Shown piece by piece: positions 20,114-30,479 of a stretch of 64,000 nt of DNA. How positions within the stretch are numbered: position 1 is the stretch's first letter; each line of letters begins with the position of its first letter. The stretch comes from an uncultured Verrucomicrobiae bacterium (GTDB lineage: Bacteria; Verrucomicrobiota; Verrucomicrobiia; Chthoniobacterales; JAFAMB01), in NCBI GenBank assembly GCA_963782115.1, contig CAWAIK010000003.1, forward strand, positions 416,001-480,000, read 5' to 3'. The notes below the pieces were generated by a model that did no database searches, had not been told where the DNA came from, and was given only the letters and a program-made list of their open reading frames with translations. Made by a program: the position numbers and the translations under genes.

Positions 20114-20326
20114 ACGCGCGTGCTCGTACCGTCGTGCTCGTTTCGATCGCTACATTGTGTAACACGCCGCGGCTTTTGCTGATGTCTCGCTCCAGATGAC
20201 CAGGCGAGCTAACAACAGGAGAAGTGTAGAAGGCAGTGGTACCTCTGCTCGCCTCTTTAGCGAGTGCCTTGGTCCGGTTCTGAAGATTGCAGTAGGCCTG
20301 TACTTTGTCCCAGTTCGCATAATGAC

Positions 20327-20592
20327 GCTCTCTGCTCTCTCTATCGTTATCGTCATCGTCCTCGTGTTCGTTATCGATCTTTGAACGTTGCCGGCCATTG
20401 CGCTTCTGGAATCCGATAAGACAGCCGCTTGAAGAACCGCGTAGCTGCGTCCCTTGGCACTAAAAGCATCGAATCGAGGACGATAACGAGCACGAGCACG
20501 ATCGGTGGGGAAGAACGACGATCGGGTCGCTCCTTTCTCCCCCACTCCTTGAATTCTTTCCCTCCCACCGTTAATACCCCTGGTCGTGCAGT
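20327..20592 (+). repeat. 266-bp direct repeat, copy 2 (includes hrpB upstream region and GTG start)
   Basis: Matches 15987-16252. Confidence 0.95.
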
Positions 20593-23108
20593 CCCATCTC
20601 CCTATCTACGAGCTCCAACCGCGAATCATCGAATCTCTTCGCTCCTTCCCCCGCCTTATCCTTCAGGCGCCCACCGGTTCTGGGAAGTCAACCCAGGTTC
20701 CCCAAATGCTCTTGGATGAAGGACTGGCCGAGAATGGCCAAATTATCGTTTTGCAACCGCGCCGGTTACCGACGCGGATGTTAGCGGCGCGCGTGGCACA
20801 CGAAAGAAGCGTCCGTCTCGGCGAAGATGTCGGCTACCAGATCCGGCTCGACAATGTTTCCACCGCAAGAACTCGCATCCGTTTCGTGACAGAAGGTGTA
20901 TTGCTGCGACAGATGGTAGGTGATCCGCGCCTGGCCGGTGTGACGATTCTCATGTTTGATGAATTTCATGAGCGCCATCTCTACGGTGACATCGCGCTGG
21001 CTCGCGCACTGGAGATTCAAGCCTCGATTCGTCCGGACCTTAAAATCGTCGTCATGTCCGCGACGTTGGACACCGATTTGCTCGAGCCCCATTTGCGCCC
21101 CTGTAACGTGCTCACTTCGCAAGGACGCACATTCCCCGTCGACATTGAGTATCTAAAGCGCGAAACGATCGATGAGCCGCCGTGGGAAGTTGCGTCAGAC
21201 GCTTTTGCCCAGGCCCCGAACGACGGAGGAGACGTCTTGATATTTATGCCGGGCGCCTACGAAATCGGGCGTACCATTCAGGAACTCAAACGCTCCGATT
21301 TCAAGGGGGTGGTGCTGCCCCTTCACGGCGACCTGTCCCCAAGAGTGCAGGATGCCGCGGTCGCAACGTATCCTGAAAGGAAGATCGTGGTATCGACCAA
21401 CGTGGCCGAAACCTCTTTGACAATCGATGGCGTGACTCTTGTGATCGATAGCGGCCTCGCGAAGATCGCAAAATATGATCCGCATCGCGGTATCAACACT
21501 CTCATCACAGAGAAAATTAGTCAGGCATCTGCCGACCAGCGAGCCGGCCGGGCCGGGCGTACTGCTCCGGGACGTTGCGTTCGGCTGTGGTCCGAGCGAG
21601 ATCAATTGGGCCGGCGCCCGCAGGACCTACCCGAAATCAAGCGCCTCGACCTTGCCGAAGTCCTGCTTAACCTGAAAGCAGCCGGCGTCACAGATTTCGC
21701 CCGATTCGGCTGGATCGAGATGCCTGACCCCAATTCGTTAGGCCGGGCAATTGAGCTTTTGGAAGATCTCGGAGCGTTAGATCGCCAAAACGGCAAAATC
21801 ACCGGCCTTGGACATCGCATGCTCTCGTTTCCGATGCACCCGCGGTATTCCCGTATGCTCTTGATCGCAGACGAACTAGGTTGTGTGGCGACGGTCGCCC
21901 TTATCGCCGCGATTACCCAGGAGCGGCACTTGCTCAGACGCAGCGAAAACAACCAGATGGACCATGACCGGGAACTGTTGCTCGGCAAAGAGGTCGAGTC
22001 AGATTTCTTCGTGTTAATTCGCGCATGGCTGTACGCTCAGGAACATGGCGCGGATAAAGCTCGCCGCCTTGGCATTCGTTATGCCATCACCCAACAAATC
22101 GCACCGGTCTTCGAACAGTTGGTCGAGATCGCCAGAGCCGAGGGCTTGAACGTGGACAAAAAAGTCGATGAGTTCGATGCCGAAGCACTCGGTAAATGCA
22201 TGCTTGTGGGATTTTCGGATCATTTAGCCAAGCGCATCGATGCCGGGACGCTTCGCTGCGATCTTGTCCACCGTAGACACGGTGTCCTCGCGCGCGAGAG
22301 CGTCGTGCAAAAGAGCCCCCTGCTCGTTGCCGGCGAGATCCGCGAAATTCAGGGCCGAAATGACGAACTGATTATTCTGCTCTCCCAAGTCACGGGCGTC
22401 CGTGAAGAGTGGCTTCGCGAACTTTTCCCTGACGATTTTCGAGCGTTGGATCAGGTTTTCTTTGACCCGGTAACCCGGCGCGTGCAGGCCAGAAAAGACC
22501 TTCTTTTTCGGGATCTGGTACTTCAAAGCACAAAACTGGAGGCGTCTCCCGATGAAAGCGCATCCGAGCTCCTGGCAAAGGAAGTTATCGCCGGCCGGTG
22601 TTCGCTCGCACATTGGTCGCACGATGTCGAGCAATGGATCATTCGTCTCAACTGCTTATCGCGATGGTACCCCGAACTCGGACTGCCGACAATTGACGCA
22701 GAAGCTCGATTCCATCTGGTCCAACAAATTTGCCACCGCGCGGTAAGCTACAAAGAAATCAAGGAGCGGGCTGTATGGCCTATCGTTAAATCGTGGCTCT
22801 CGACCCTCCAGCAGCAGGCACTCGATCAATTCGCGCCGGCGCGATACGAATTGCCGACCGGTCGCCATGCCAAGCTCCAATACGTTGAGAACCAGCCTCC
22901 CCTCCTGTCCGCGAGAATTCAGGATTTGTATGGAGTCGACGGATCGTTGACGATCTGCGAAGGACGCGTCCCGATTCTTCTGCAGATTCTTGCGCCCAAC
23001 CATCGTCCGATACAAACCACGCAGAATCTGTCAACCTTCTGGAAAGAAGCCTATCCCAAGATCAAACAGGAATTGCAACGCAAATACCCGAGGCACGAAT
23101 GGCGTTAG
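20586..23108 (+). CDS. hrpB: ATP-dependent helicase HrpB
   Basis: APTGSGKST, DEFHER, MSAT, STNVAETSLTI, QRAGRAGR; C-terminal APNHRPIQ.T, YPRHEW. Confidence 0.96.
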   Translation: MQSHLPIYELQPRIIESLRSFPRLILQAPTGSGKSTQVPQMLLDEGLAENGQIIVLQPRRLPTRMLAARVAHERSVRLGEDVGYQIRLDNVSTARTRIRFVTEGVLLRQMVGDPRLAGVTILMFDEFHERHLYGDIALARALEIQASIRPDLKIVVMSATLDTDLLEPHLRPCNVLTSQGRTFPVDIEYLKRETIDEPPWEVASDAFAQAPNDGGDVLIFMPGAYEIGRTIQELKRSDFKGVVLPLHGDLSPRVQDAAVATYPERKIVVSTNVAETSLTIDGVTLVIDSGLAKIAKYDPHRGINTLITEKISQASADQRAGRAGRTAPGRCVRLWSERDQLGRRPQDLPEIKRLDLAEVLLNLKAAGVTDFARFGWIEMPDPNSLGRAIELLEDLGALDRQNGKITGLGHRMLSFPMHPRYSRMLLIADELGCVATVALIAAITQERHLLRRSENNQMDHDRELLLGKEVESDFFVLIRAWLYAQEHGADKARRLGIRYAITQQIAPVFEQLVEIARAEGLNVDKKVDEFDAEALGKCMLVGFSDHLAKRIDAGTLRCDLVHRRHGVLARESVVQKSPLLVAGEIREIQGRNDELIILLSQVTGVREEWLRELFPDDFRALDQVFFDPVTRRVQARKDLLFRDLVLQSTKLEASPDESASELLAKEVIAGRCSLAHWSHDVEQWIIRLNCLSRWYPELGLPTIDAEARFHLVQQICHRAVSYKEIKERAVWPIVKSWLSTLQQQALDQFAPARYELPTGRHAKLQYVENQPPLLSARIQDLYGVDGSLTICEGRVPILLQILAPNHRPIQTTQNLSTFWKEAYPKIKQELQRKYPRHEWR

Positions 23109-23212
23109 AAGAAAGGTATCGGCTTGTCGCCGTTCCACTACATTTCTGCCCAAGCCGATCTATATGAGCGAAGGTATGACGACAGGTCCACGATACGTGT
23201 TTCCTGAGGCGT

Positions 23213-24088
23213 TTAATTGGAATTCTCCCTCCACGCTTTGCCCGACTGATAACTCACCATGCGACGCTGATAGTATGGGATATCCTGTTGCGAGCCGAGC
23301 AGAATCGCCTTTTCTTCCCACTTTTGCGCGGACCTGAAATCCCCGGCTTCGGCATACCCAGCGGCCAGAACGTCGAGCACTGTGTCATCTTTCCACTGGG
23401 TCAGTTTTGCGGCTTCGGTCGCTAGTGCAACCGCACTGGCTCCGTTCCGAATCTGCGCGTCCGAAGTCGTAGCATACAGCCATGCTGCGCCAGCTCGACA
23501 AGTCGGATCGGTTTTTGACAGTCTGATGGCACTCTGGAAATCGGTCAATGCGTCGTTCTTGCGACCGAGTCTGCTGAACGCATTCGCTCTGAGCGTATAG
23601 AGCTGCGCCAAATTCAACCGATTGGCGTCCCCTGCGTTGTTCTGAATCGCTGCGTTAACTGCCTCAATCGTGTCATTTGGTCGATTCAAATTCGAAGCAG
23701 CAACCGCTCGAGCAGCCTGAAGCCACCATCTGTCGGGATGCTGTTTTCCAGCTTTGGTTGCGGCTTTGAACGCCTCTTTCCACTTCCCGTTCTCCACCAT
23801 CGCGCCAATCTGACTCGCCTCTACTTTTTCCTCCGGCGTGAACTTGTGCCCGGGTGGAAAAATCTCCTGAGGAACCTGCTCGACGGTTGGCCCTTGGGAT
23901 CTGTTCGCCCGGTGATGCCTGGTGTAATGATGTTTTGAACTCCTGCCCTTATAGGTTCCATGCTTACTCGATCCCGCGTTTTTGCTCGAAGTCTTGTGCT
24001 TTGACTGGCTTGCCGATTCTGCAAGACCGGAATTGATTGCGAGAGAGAACAGGATAAAGAACGCACTAAAAATCTTCGCCTTGCGCAT
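23213..24088 (-). CDS. Exported TPR-repeat protein
   Basis: Signal peptide, Lys/His-rich linker, TPR helices, AWLYAT...RNG..A..LA..A and LDVLAAGYAEAGDF motifs. Confidence 0.85.
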   Translation of the reverse strand: MRKAKIFSAFFILFSLAINSGLAESASQSKHKTSSKNAGSSKHGTYKGRSSKHHYTRHHRANRSQGPTVEQVPQEIFPPGHKFTPEEKVEASQIGAMVENGKWKEAFKAATKAGKQHPDRWWLQAARAVAASNLNRPNDTIEAVNAAIQNNAGDANRLNLAQLYTLRANAFSRLGRKNDALTDFQSAIRLSKTDPTCRAGAAWLYATTSDAQIRNGASAVALATEAAKLTQWKDDTVLDVLAAGYAEAGDFRSAQKWEEKAILLGSQQDIPYYQRRMVSYQSGKAWRENSN

Positions 24089-24239
24089 CGACAATCAATC
24101 AGTTGAGTCGAACTATATCGGCCACTGTTACCCGGGTCTCAAGTGAAAGCCAGCGATCAATTAATTCCCGCTGGTTCGCTTGCAACTCGCTGGAAATATT
24201 ATTTTCACTCGGCAATCCAACGCGCTACAATTTTCGCCG

Positions 24240-25298
24240 ATGATCGGGCTCGACGCACCCAAGGATGTCACCACACGGCTAAGCGGCTCCGTGTGGGGCC
24301 AGTTTGTCGGAGACGCCGCGGCTCTCGGTACGCACTGGATCTACGATCTCACCGAACTCCAAAAACTTTATCCCGGTGGCATCAACGGATTTGAGGCTCC
24401 TAAAGACGGTCATTATCATTTCGGAAAAAAGCCCGGAGACCAGACCCACTACGGCGACGGCGCGCTGGTTTTGCTCGAATCGCTCGCAAAAGAAGGCAGG
24501 TTCGACGCACGAGCGTTTGGGCGCAGCTTTGTGGAAGCATTTCGACCCGGTTCTTATCCCGGCTACATCGACCAGGCCACCCGCGGTACACTCGAAAATT
24601 TTCAGGCCTTCGCATCCTCTAATTCGGTCAACAGTTTCGATTTTCAACAAGGAGCAGACGATGATCAACTGGCGGCGGCCTCTCGCTTGGCAGCGTTGAC
24701 CGTTCGATATTGGCATGACCCAAGCCTTTTGATTGTGGTCGAAAAAGCGACCCGGGTCTGCCAGAACAAGGATCGCACGGTCGCCTACATGAAGTTCAAC
24801 GCTCTACTATTGTCAGAACTTCTCAATGGGCAGGACGTCCAGACAGCTCTTCGCCGCGCAGAAGAACAAACGCTTGCTGTCGAACCCCATCTTAGCGAGG
24901 AAATCACGGGCAAAACGCGCCAGGCTCTGGAGGCTATGCCGCGCGAGGTCACCGAGGCAACTTTGACCTTTGGCCAGGCTTGTCCTTTGCCCAAAAGTTT
25001 TCCCTCTTCGATTCACGCCTTGCTAAAGCATCCAAATGATTTTGAGAGCGCGATCCTCGCCACTCTACGGGCGGGTGGCGACAACGCCGGACGAGCTTCA
25101 ATGGTCGGCGCGTGGGTCGGAGCACACCTCGGGATCGCCGCGATCCCAAAGGCATGGACGGCCAAATTGAGCCAGGCAGACCGGATATCCTCAGCAGTAG
25201 AAAAGATCTTGTCGGATCGGCAACACGCGTTTGGAGGCATCGAAACGGCCCAACACCGAGCGGAACAACCGACGGCTATTTCGGGGACACGCCTATAA
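24240..25298 (+). CDS. ADP-ribosylglycohydrolase-family protein (crystallin-J1-like subgroup)
   Basis: [45 protein letters not shown]. Confidence 0.88.
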   Translation: MIGLDAPKDVTTRLSGSVWGQFVGDAAALGTHWIYDLTELQKLYPGGINGFEAPKDGHYHFGKKPGDQTHYGDGALVLLESLAKEGRFDARAFGRSFVEAFRPGSYPGYIDQATRGTLENFQAFASSNSVNSFDFQQGADDDQLAAASRLAALTVRYWHDPSLLIVVEKATRVCQNKDRTVAYMKFNALLLSELLNGQDVQTALRRAEEQTLAVEPHLSEEITGKTRQALEAMPREVTEATLTFGQACPLPKSFPSSIHALLKHPNDFESAILATLRAGGDNAGRASMVGAWVGAHLGIAAIPKAWTAKLSQADRISSAVEKILSDRQHAFGGIETAQHRAEQPTAISGTRL

Positions 25299-26510
25299 CT
25301 AGCGCCCGTAGCGCCCAAAGGAGTATCCTTTACTTGTGCGAAAACCCTTTACCGGTTTGACCGGCCCCTTGCGCTCCTCAAAAAGCGCCGTGTAGACATA
25401 GTTGAAGCCATCCAGCTTCTGCCGCGGAATTTTCTGACCCACATACCTTTCAATATCCAACATTGCTTTCAATTCTTCGGCGATCACCAAGGTGACAGCG
25501 TCTCCGACCTGTTCAGCTCGTCCGGTGCGCCCGATTCGATGGACGTAGTCTTCAGGATGCAGCGGAATATCGTAGTTGATCACATGCGTCACACCAGCGA
25601 CGTCAAGTCCGCGAGCTGCTATATCAGTCGCTACCAGCACTTCATATTTGCCGGACTTGAATCCCTCCAGCGCCGTGATCCGATCCTTCTGGGTCCGATC
25701 CGAATGAAGTACGGTGACCGAATGTTTCAATCTCTTGAGTCGATCCAAAATCTCGTCGGCAGCCTGTTTGGTCCGCGTAAAGACGAGAACACTTTTATAG
25801 TGTGTCTGCTCAAGCAACGAAACGAGGAGATCAAATTTCTGCGCCGAGGCCACCGGAAAAAAAGCGTGGGTCACTGTTTCAGCCACGGAGCGGCGTTCCC
25901 CGATTTCGACGATATCGGGATTTTTTAACACCCAGGAGCACAAACTCTCGATCTCAGGCGGAATCGTCGCCGAAAATAACAGTGTTTGTCGGGGCTGCGG
26001 GCAGAGTTGAACGATACGGCGGACGTCCGGCAGAAATCCCATGTCCACCATTCGATCGACCTCGTCGAGAACGAGAATCTCGATCGAATCCAGCTTCAGC
26101 ACGCCCTGCTCATGCAGATCCAAAAGCCGCCCCGGGGTAGCAACAATCACGTCGATCCCATAGTTCAAAAGGCTTTTTTGGCGATCGTAGCCGACCCCGC
26201 CGTAAAAGACGCCAATCTCGAGCTCCGTAAAACGCGCGTAATACTGGAACGCCGTCTCGACCTGGATAGCCAGCTCCCGCGTCGGCTCCAGGACCAGACA
26301 TCTCGCCGCACCTCGCTTTCCAAGAAGAGTGAGCACCGGAAGCGCAAATGCAGCCGTCTTTCCCGTCCCGGTTTGTGCGGATCCGACGACATCTTTTCCC
26401 TGCAGAATCAATGGGATACATCTCTCCTGGATTGGTGTTGGCTCGTTGAAGCCCAGGGATTGCACGCCATGCACCACCGCTTCTTGCACCCCAAGGTCCT
26501 GAAAACTCAT
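25299..26510 (-). CDS. DEAD-box RNA helicase (RhlE-like)
   Basis: PTPIQ, AQTGTGKT, PTRELA, DEVD, SAT, ARGLD, HRIGRTGR. Confidence 0.95.
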   Translation of the reverse strand: MSFQDLGVQEAVVHGVQSLGFNEPTPIQERCIPLILQGKDVVGSAQTGTGKTAAFALPVLTLLGKRGAARCLVLEPTRELAIQVETAFQYYARFTELEIGVFYGGVGYDRQKSLLNYGIDVIVATPGRLLDLHEQGVLKLDSIEILVLDEVDRMVDMGFLPDVRRIVQLCPQPRQTLLFSATIPPEIESLCSWVLKNPDIVEIGERRSVAETVTHAFFPVASAQKFDLLVSLLEQTHYKSVLVFTRTKQAADEILDRLKRLKHSVTVLHSDRTQKDRITALEGFKSGKYEVLVATDIAARGLDVAGVTHVINYDIPLHPEDYVHRIGRTGRAEQVGDAVTLVIAEELKAMLDIERYVGQKIPRQKLDGFNYVYTALFEERKGPVKPVKGFRTSKGYSFGRYGR

Positions 26511-26676
26511 CTCGCCCTCGAATTAACGGGCATTCCGCAAAATAAGCAAATTCCTTCGAACCAGCCGGGAATTCTGGAGTTGCGCGGGCGCAGGAGTTGC
26601 AGGAGATGTCCCCAAGACGCGGCGAAGAAAACGCCGCCCATCTCAATCGATTCGAAACAGATAGACTGTACTTCTT

Positions 26677-27141
26677 GTGGATCCACGTTCTGAACACTTG
26701 ACATTCACGGACGCGCACCGGCGAGTCCTCTTCATCTGTACTGGAAATTATTACCGCAGCCGCTTCGCAGAAGCGGTTTTCAATTACCATGCCGAGCAAC
26801 GGCAGATGCCTTGGACTGCTTTTTCGCGTGGGCTAGCTGTGCACCTGGTGGAAGGCGATCTTTCTACCTTCACAGCCGAGGCGCTGAATACTCGGCAAAT
26901 CGAACTTCGGCACACCGGCGCAGGACGAGCTCAACTCTCCGAAAAAAACCTCCTCGAATCAAACTATCGCATCGCCATGGATCGCTCAGAGCATTTCCGG
27001 ATGATGCTCAATCAATTTCCGATGTGGGCCGATCAGATTGACTATTGGGATGTTTCCGATCTTCCTTATCGCTCCTCCATCGACGCGCTGCCGGAGATAG
27101 AACTCAACGTCATTCAACTGCTGGAGACGGTTTCACGATGA
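26677..27141 (+). CDS. Low-molecular-weight phosphatase family protein
   Basis: VLFICTGNYYRSRFAE CX5R loop; ATGA overlap with purC. Confidence 0.85.
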   Translation: MDPRSEHLTFTDAHRRVLFICTGNYYRSRFAEAVFNYHAEQRQMPWTAFSRGLAVHLVEGDLSTFTAEALNTRQIELRHTGAGRAQLSEKNLLESNYRIAMDRSEHFRMMLNQFPMWADQIDYWDVSDLPYRSSIDALPEIELNVIQLLETVSR

Positions 27142-28010
27142 ACGGAATGATTTCCGTCGACCTCCCTGGCATCCGGAAGATCCGCAGTGGAAAAGTGCGC
27201 GAGGTTTTCGACCTTGGGGAGACTCTCCTCATCGTCGCCACCGATCGCATCTCCGCTTTCGATTGCATTCTCCCCGATCCTATCCCTGGAAAGGGCGAGA
27301 TCCTGACGCAGCTTTCGGCGTTTTGGTTTCAAAAATTCCACGGGATTCCAAATCACTTCATCACGGCTGATTTCGAGGAATTTCCTGAGATCCTGAAGCC
27401 CCACTCCATGTTGCTTGGCGGCCGTTCAATGCTCGTCCGAAAGTCGATTCCGCTTCCAATCGAATGCGTCGTTCGAGGTTACCTTGCTGGATCAGGATGG
27501 AAGGAATACCGGGAATACGGAACCGTAGCCGGCATCAATTTGCCCCCTGGCCTCGAACAAGCGGCGCGGCTGCCTGATCCGATCTTCACGCCGGCAACCA
27601 AAGCGGAATCCGGCCATGATGAAAATATCTCGTGGGCAAAATGCTGCCAGATCCTCGGACGCAAAAGTGCGACGATCGTGCGGGATCTCAGTCTCAGCAT
27701 TTATAGCGACGGCAGTTTTCACGCAGTTAACCGCGGCATCATCATCGCGGATACCAAGTTCGAGTTCGGGCTTCACGGCAACGAAATGCTTTTAATCGAC
27801 GAGTGTCTGACTCCCGACTCTTCACGGTTTTGGCCGGCAGACTGCTACTCGGTGGGTGCCAGTCCGCTCAGCTACGACAAACAATTCGTTCGCGACTACC
27901 TGGAGAGGCTAGACTGGGACAAAACCCCGCCCGCGCCTCGTCTGCCGCCGGAGATAATCGAAAAGACCTCCAAGAAATATCAAGAAGCGTTCAGCCGGCT
28001 CACTCGCTAG
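27138..28010 (+). CDS. purC: SAICAR synthase
   Basis: SGKVRE, TDRISAFD, ECVVRGYLAGSGW, DTKFEFG, DECLTPDSSRFW, YDKQFVRD. Confidence 0.97.
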   Translation: MNGMISVDLPGIRKIRSGKVREVFDLGETLLIVATDRISAFDCILPDPIPGKGEILTQLSAFWFQKFHGIPNHFITADFEEFPEILKPHSMLLGGRSMLVRKSIPLPIECVVRGYLAGSGWKEYREYGTVAGINLPPGLEQAARLPDPIFTPATKAESGHDENISWAKCCQILGRKSATIVRDLSLSIYSDGSFHAVNRGIIIADTKFEFGLHGNEMLLIDECLTPDSSRFWPADCYSVGASPLSYDKQFVRDYLERLDWDKTPPAPRLPPEIIEKTSKKYQEAFSRLTR

Positions 28011-28126
28011 AGTGTCAGTGGGAGCGCCAGTGTCAGTAGGAGAAAAGAAAACGGTTCAGGGGTGGTCCCCATTCCGCTGAGAAGGGATCACCCTCCGGGA
28101 TGAAAAGCAGTCGCCACTCCCCAACC

Positions 28127-28303
28127 CTACTTTTTCTCAGGTGCGCTATCTTCCTCTTCAGAACCACGCCCGCGTGTCCATGCAGGCGGATCGCTTGCCG
28201 GGAACGATTCTTCGCCCGCTTCCTCCACTTCAAATTCGGCGGGGGCGTCCTCGAAAGATTTCCCGTCTGGTCGACTCTCTTCCTCAGGTGTTTTCGCGCT
28301 CAT
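28127..28303 (-). CDS. Small acidic protein with ESFPASDPP motif
   Basis: 58 aa, MSAKTPEEE...VEEAGEESFPASDPPAW; motif recalled from small hypothetical proteins. Confidence 0.7.
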   Translation of the reverse strand: MSAKTPEEESRPDGKSFEDAPAEFEVEEAGEESFPASDPPAWTRGRGSEEEDSAPEKK

Positions 28304-28366
28304 CAGAGAAACTTGGAGCCACGATACGGCTTGGCAAGCACAACCTTCAGAAACAACCCGGCCAGC

Positions 28367-28527
28367 CTGGGAATCTCGAAGAGAAAGAAGTACTCCACAA
28401 GGGATTGACACTAGTGTCGGTCTTATTGAGCGCGTCGCCGCGTGCCAGGTTTCCTTGCGGCTTGATCCAGTGAATCCTCTTCCAGGACCCCCGTGCGATA
28501 CTTCTTTTCTTCCACGAGATTCTCCAG
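28367..28527. other. Long imperfect hairpin (candidate structured ncRNA or MITE)
   Basis: CTGGGAATCTCG/CGAGATTCTCCAG and AAGAGAAAGAAGTA/TACTTCTTTTCTT pair; inner pairing AAGGGATT/AATCCTCTT. Confidence 0.5.
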
Positions 28528-28584
28528 TCTCGCTGCTTTCTTCGTTGAACCCTTGCCAGAATTTGTTTGAGTGCCGGGTTCCGG

Positions 28585-29715
28585 ATGTCTTTCGAAATAC
28601 TCAAGACCGATTCGTTTTCGCGGGCTCGTCGGGGCCGGTTGGTCACGCAACACGGGGTCGTCGAAACGCCGATCTTCATGCCAGTTGGCACGCAGGGTAC
28701 CGTCAAGGCAATGACACCGGATGAGCTTTGTTCTGTCGGCGCTCAGATTATCCTCGGTAACACCTATCATCTCTTCTTGAGGCCGGGTCTGGATGTGATC
28801 AGTCATTTTGGCGGGCTTCATCGATTCATGAGCTGGGACCGCCCAATCCTGACCGACAGCGGCGGATTCCAGGTTTTCTCACTCTCAAAACGCCGGCGAA
28901 TTACAGAAGAAGGCGTCCAATTCAACAATCACATCGACGGGGCCTCCTGCTTTCTCAGTCCGGAAATATCTATGGAGATACAGGCAACCTTTGAATCAGA
29001 TGTCGCAATGGCGTTCGACGAGTGCCCTCCCTATCCATGCGAATTCGAGTATGCTGCTGCCAGTTTAGAGCGCACACTGCGCTGGGCGCAGCGTTGCCGG
29101 ACCTGGATGACGGGTCAGAGGAATGAAAGATCTTCGCTCCTCTTCGGCATCGTTCAAGGAGCGACTTACCCCGACCTGCGCGAGCAGAGCGCTCGCGCTT
29201 TGGTTGAAATGGAGTTCGATGGATACGCGATCGGCGGCGTCAGCGTTGGCGAACCTGAGTCCGAAATGATGCGTGCTATCGAGTTTAGCGAACCGTTTTT
29301 GCCCGCGGAGCGGCCACGCTACGCCATGGGCCTTGGAACCCCTGCGCAGATCGTGGAAATGGTCGCTCGAGGAATCGACATGTTTGACTGTGTGCTTCCA
29401 ACCCGACTCGCACGAAACGGCACCGCATTCACCGAAATCGGAACGGTCAACTTGAAGAACAATCCCTACCGTCTCGACGAACGCCCGATCGAAGAAGAGT
29501 GTACCTGCGCCACTTGCCGGACCTTTGCGCGTGGATACATCCGCCACCTGGTCAAAGCGGAAGAAATTCTCGGGCTTCGTCTGATCACGGTACATAATCT
29601 ACATTTCTACCTGAACCTCATGCAACGTATCAGAGCGTCGCTTGAAGACGGTTCTTTTCCCTCGTTTCGTGAACGGTTCGTCGCCAACTATGTTCGGCAT
29701 AGCGCCGAGAATTAA
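28585..29715 (+). CDS. tgt: tRNA-guanine(34) transglycosylase
   Basis: TPIFMPVGTQGTVK, NTYHL, TDSGGFQV, DMFDCVLPTR, CTCATC...HNL zinc site. Confidence 0.97.
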   Translation: MSFEILKTDSFSRARRGRLVTQHGVVETPIFMPVGTQGTVKAMTPDELCSVGAQIILGNTYHLFLRPGLDVISHFGGLHRFMSWDRPILTDSGGFQVFSLSKRRRITEEGVQFNNHIDGASCFLSPEISMEIQATFESDVAMAFDECPPYPCEFEYAAASLERTLRWAQRCRTWMTGQRNERSSLLFGIVQGATYPDLREQSARALVEMEFDGYAIGGVSVGEPESEMMRAIEFSEPFLPAERPRYAMGLGTPAQIVEMVARGIDMFDCVLPTRLARNGTAFTEIGTVNLKNNPYRLDERPIEEECTCATCRTFARGYIRHLVKAEEILGLRLITVHNLHFYLNLMQRIRASLEDGSFPSFRERFVANYVRHSAEN

Positions 29716-29760
29716 ATCCCAAATTCTTCCCGCTTTACTTCTGTGTTACGCTTGTTTGCG

Positions 29761-30240
29761 ATGAAACGAAAATTGTCGCTATTATTGTTACTTTTCGCCT
29801 TAACCCTGCATGCGCAGGAACCCGGCCCGGACGGGAAAATCATGCTCACGGTTGTCATGCGCCACGATCAGTCAAAGACGGTCGACGAAATCAATGATCA
29901 TCTTGAAAAGACCGGGTTTCGAAGAAATTTCCCGCCAGAGGGTGTCGAGATTGTTTCCTACAACATCGTCATGGGCATCGGACACCTCATCACCCTCCGT
30001 TTGCCACCCGATAAACTCCGCGAAGTCAATCTTGCATTCGAGCATGGCGTTTGGGGAGCGTTCCGAACAGAGTTCTACCCGACCTACGATTACCTTAAAG
30101 CCTTCTACGAATTGAAACAGAAGGACACCGGATCAGCCACCTCGAATCCCGCCCAAAATGAATCGGAAAACGAGAAGAAGCCGGCGGAATCAGCAACGCC
30201 TTCACCCGCAAAAAAGCTCCACAGAAAAAGTAACCAATGA
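29761..30240 (+). CDS. Exported hypothetical protein
   Basis: Signal peptide MKRKLSLLLLLFALTLHA; FPPEGVEIVS, WGAFRTEFYPTYD. Confidence 0.75.
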   Translation: MKRKLSLLLLLFALTLHAQEPGPDGKIMLTVVMRHDQSKTVDEINDHLEKTGFRRNFPPEGVEIVSYNIVMGIGHLITLRLPPDKLREVNLAFEHGVWGAFRTEFYPTYDYLKAFYELKQKDTGSATSNPAQNESENEKKPAESATPSPAKKLHRKSNQ

Positions 30241-30479
30241 AAACTCCTCTCATCCCCCGCACGATTTTGGAAGCTTCCGTGCTGCAGATCTCGAGGAATT
30301 CCTTCTCGCAGCCGTAGTGACCCCTACGGCAAAGGTTGGAGCCGCGCTTTCACAGATGGATCAATTCCGCTGGATGCACGTCACGTTCTTGATGGGGCTC
30401 TATAATATCAGGCTGCCCGACTCCGTCAATGCGAGACGGTACACTAGTAAGGGCTGTCTTAATGACCAAAGCAGTCCGA

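Noticed and set aside
28304..28584. preQ1 riboswitch upstream of tgt
   Set aside because: No preQ1-type small hairpin plus A-rich tail recognised
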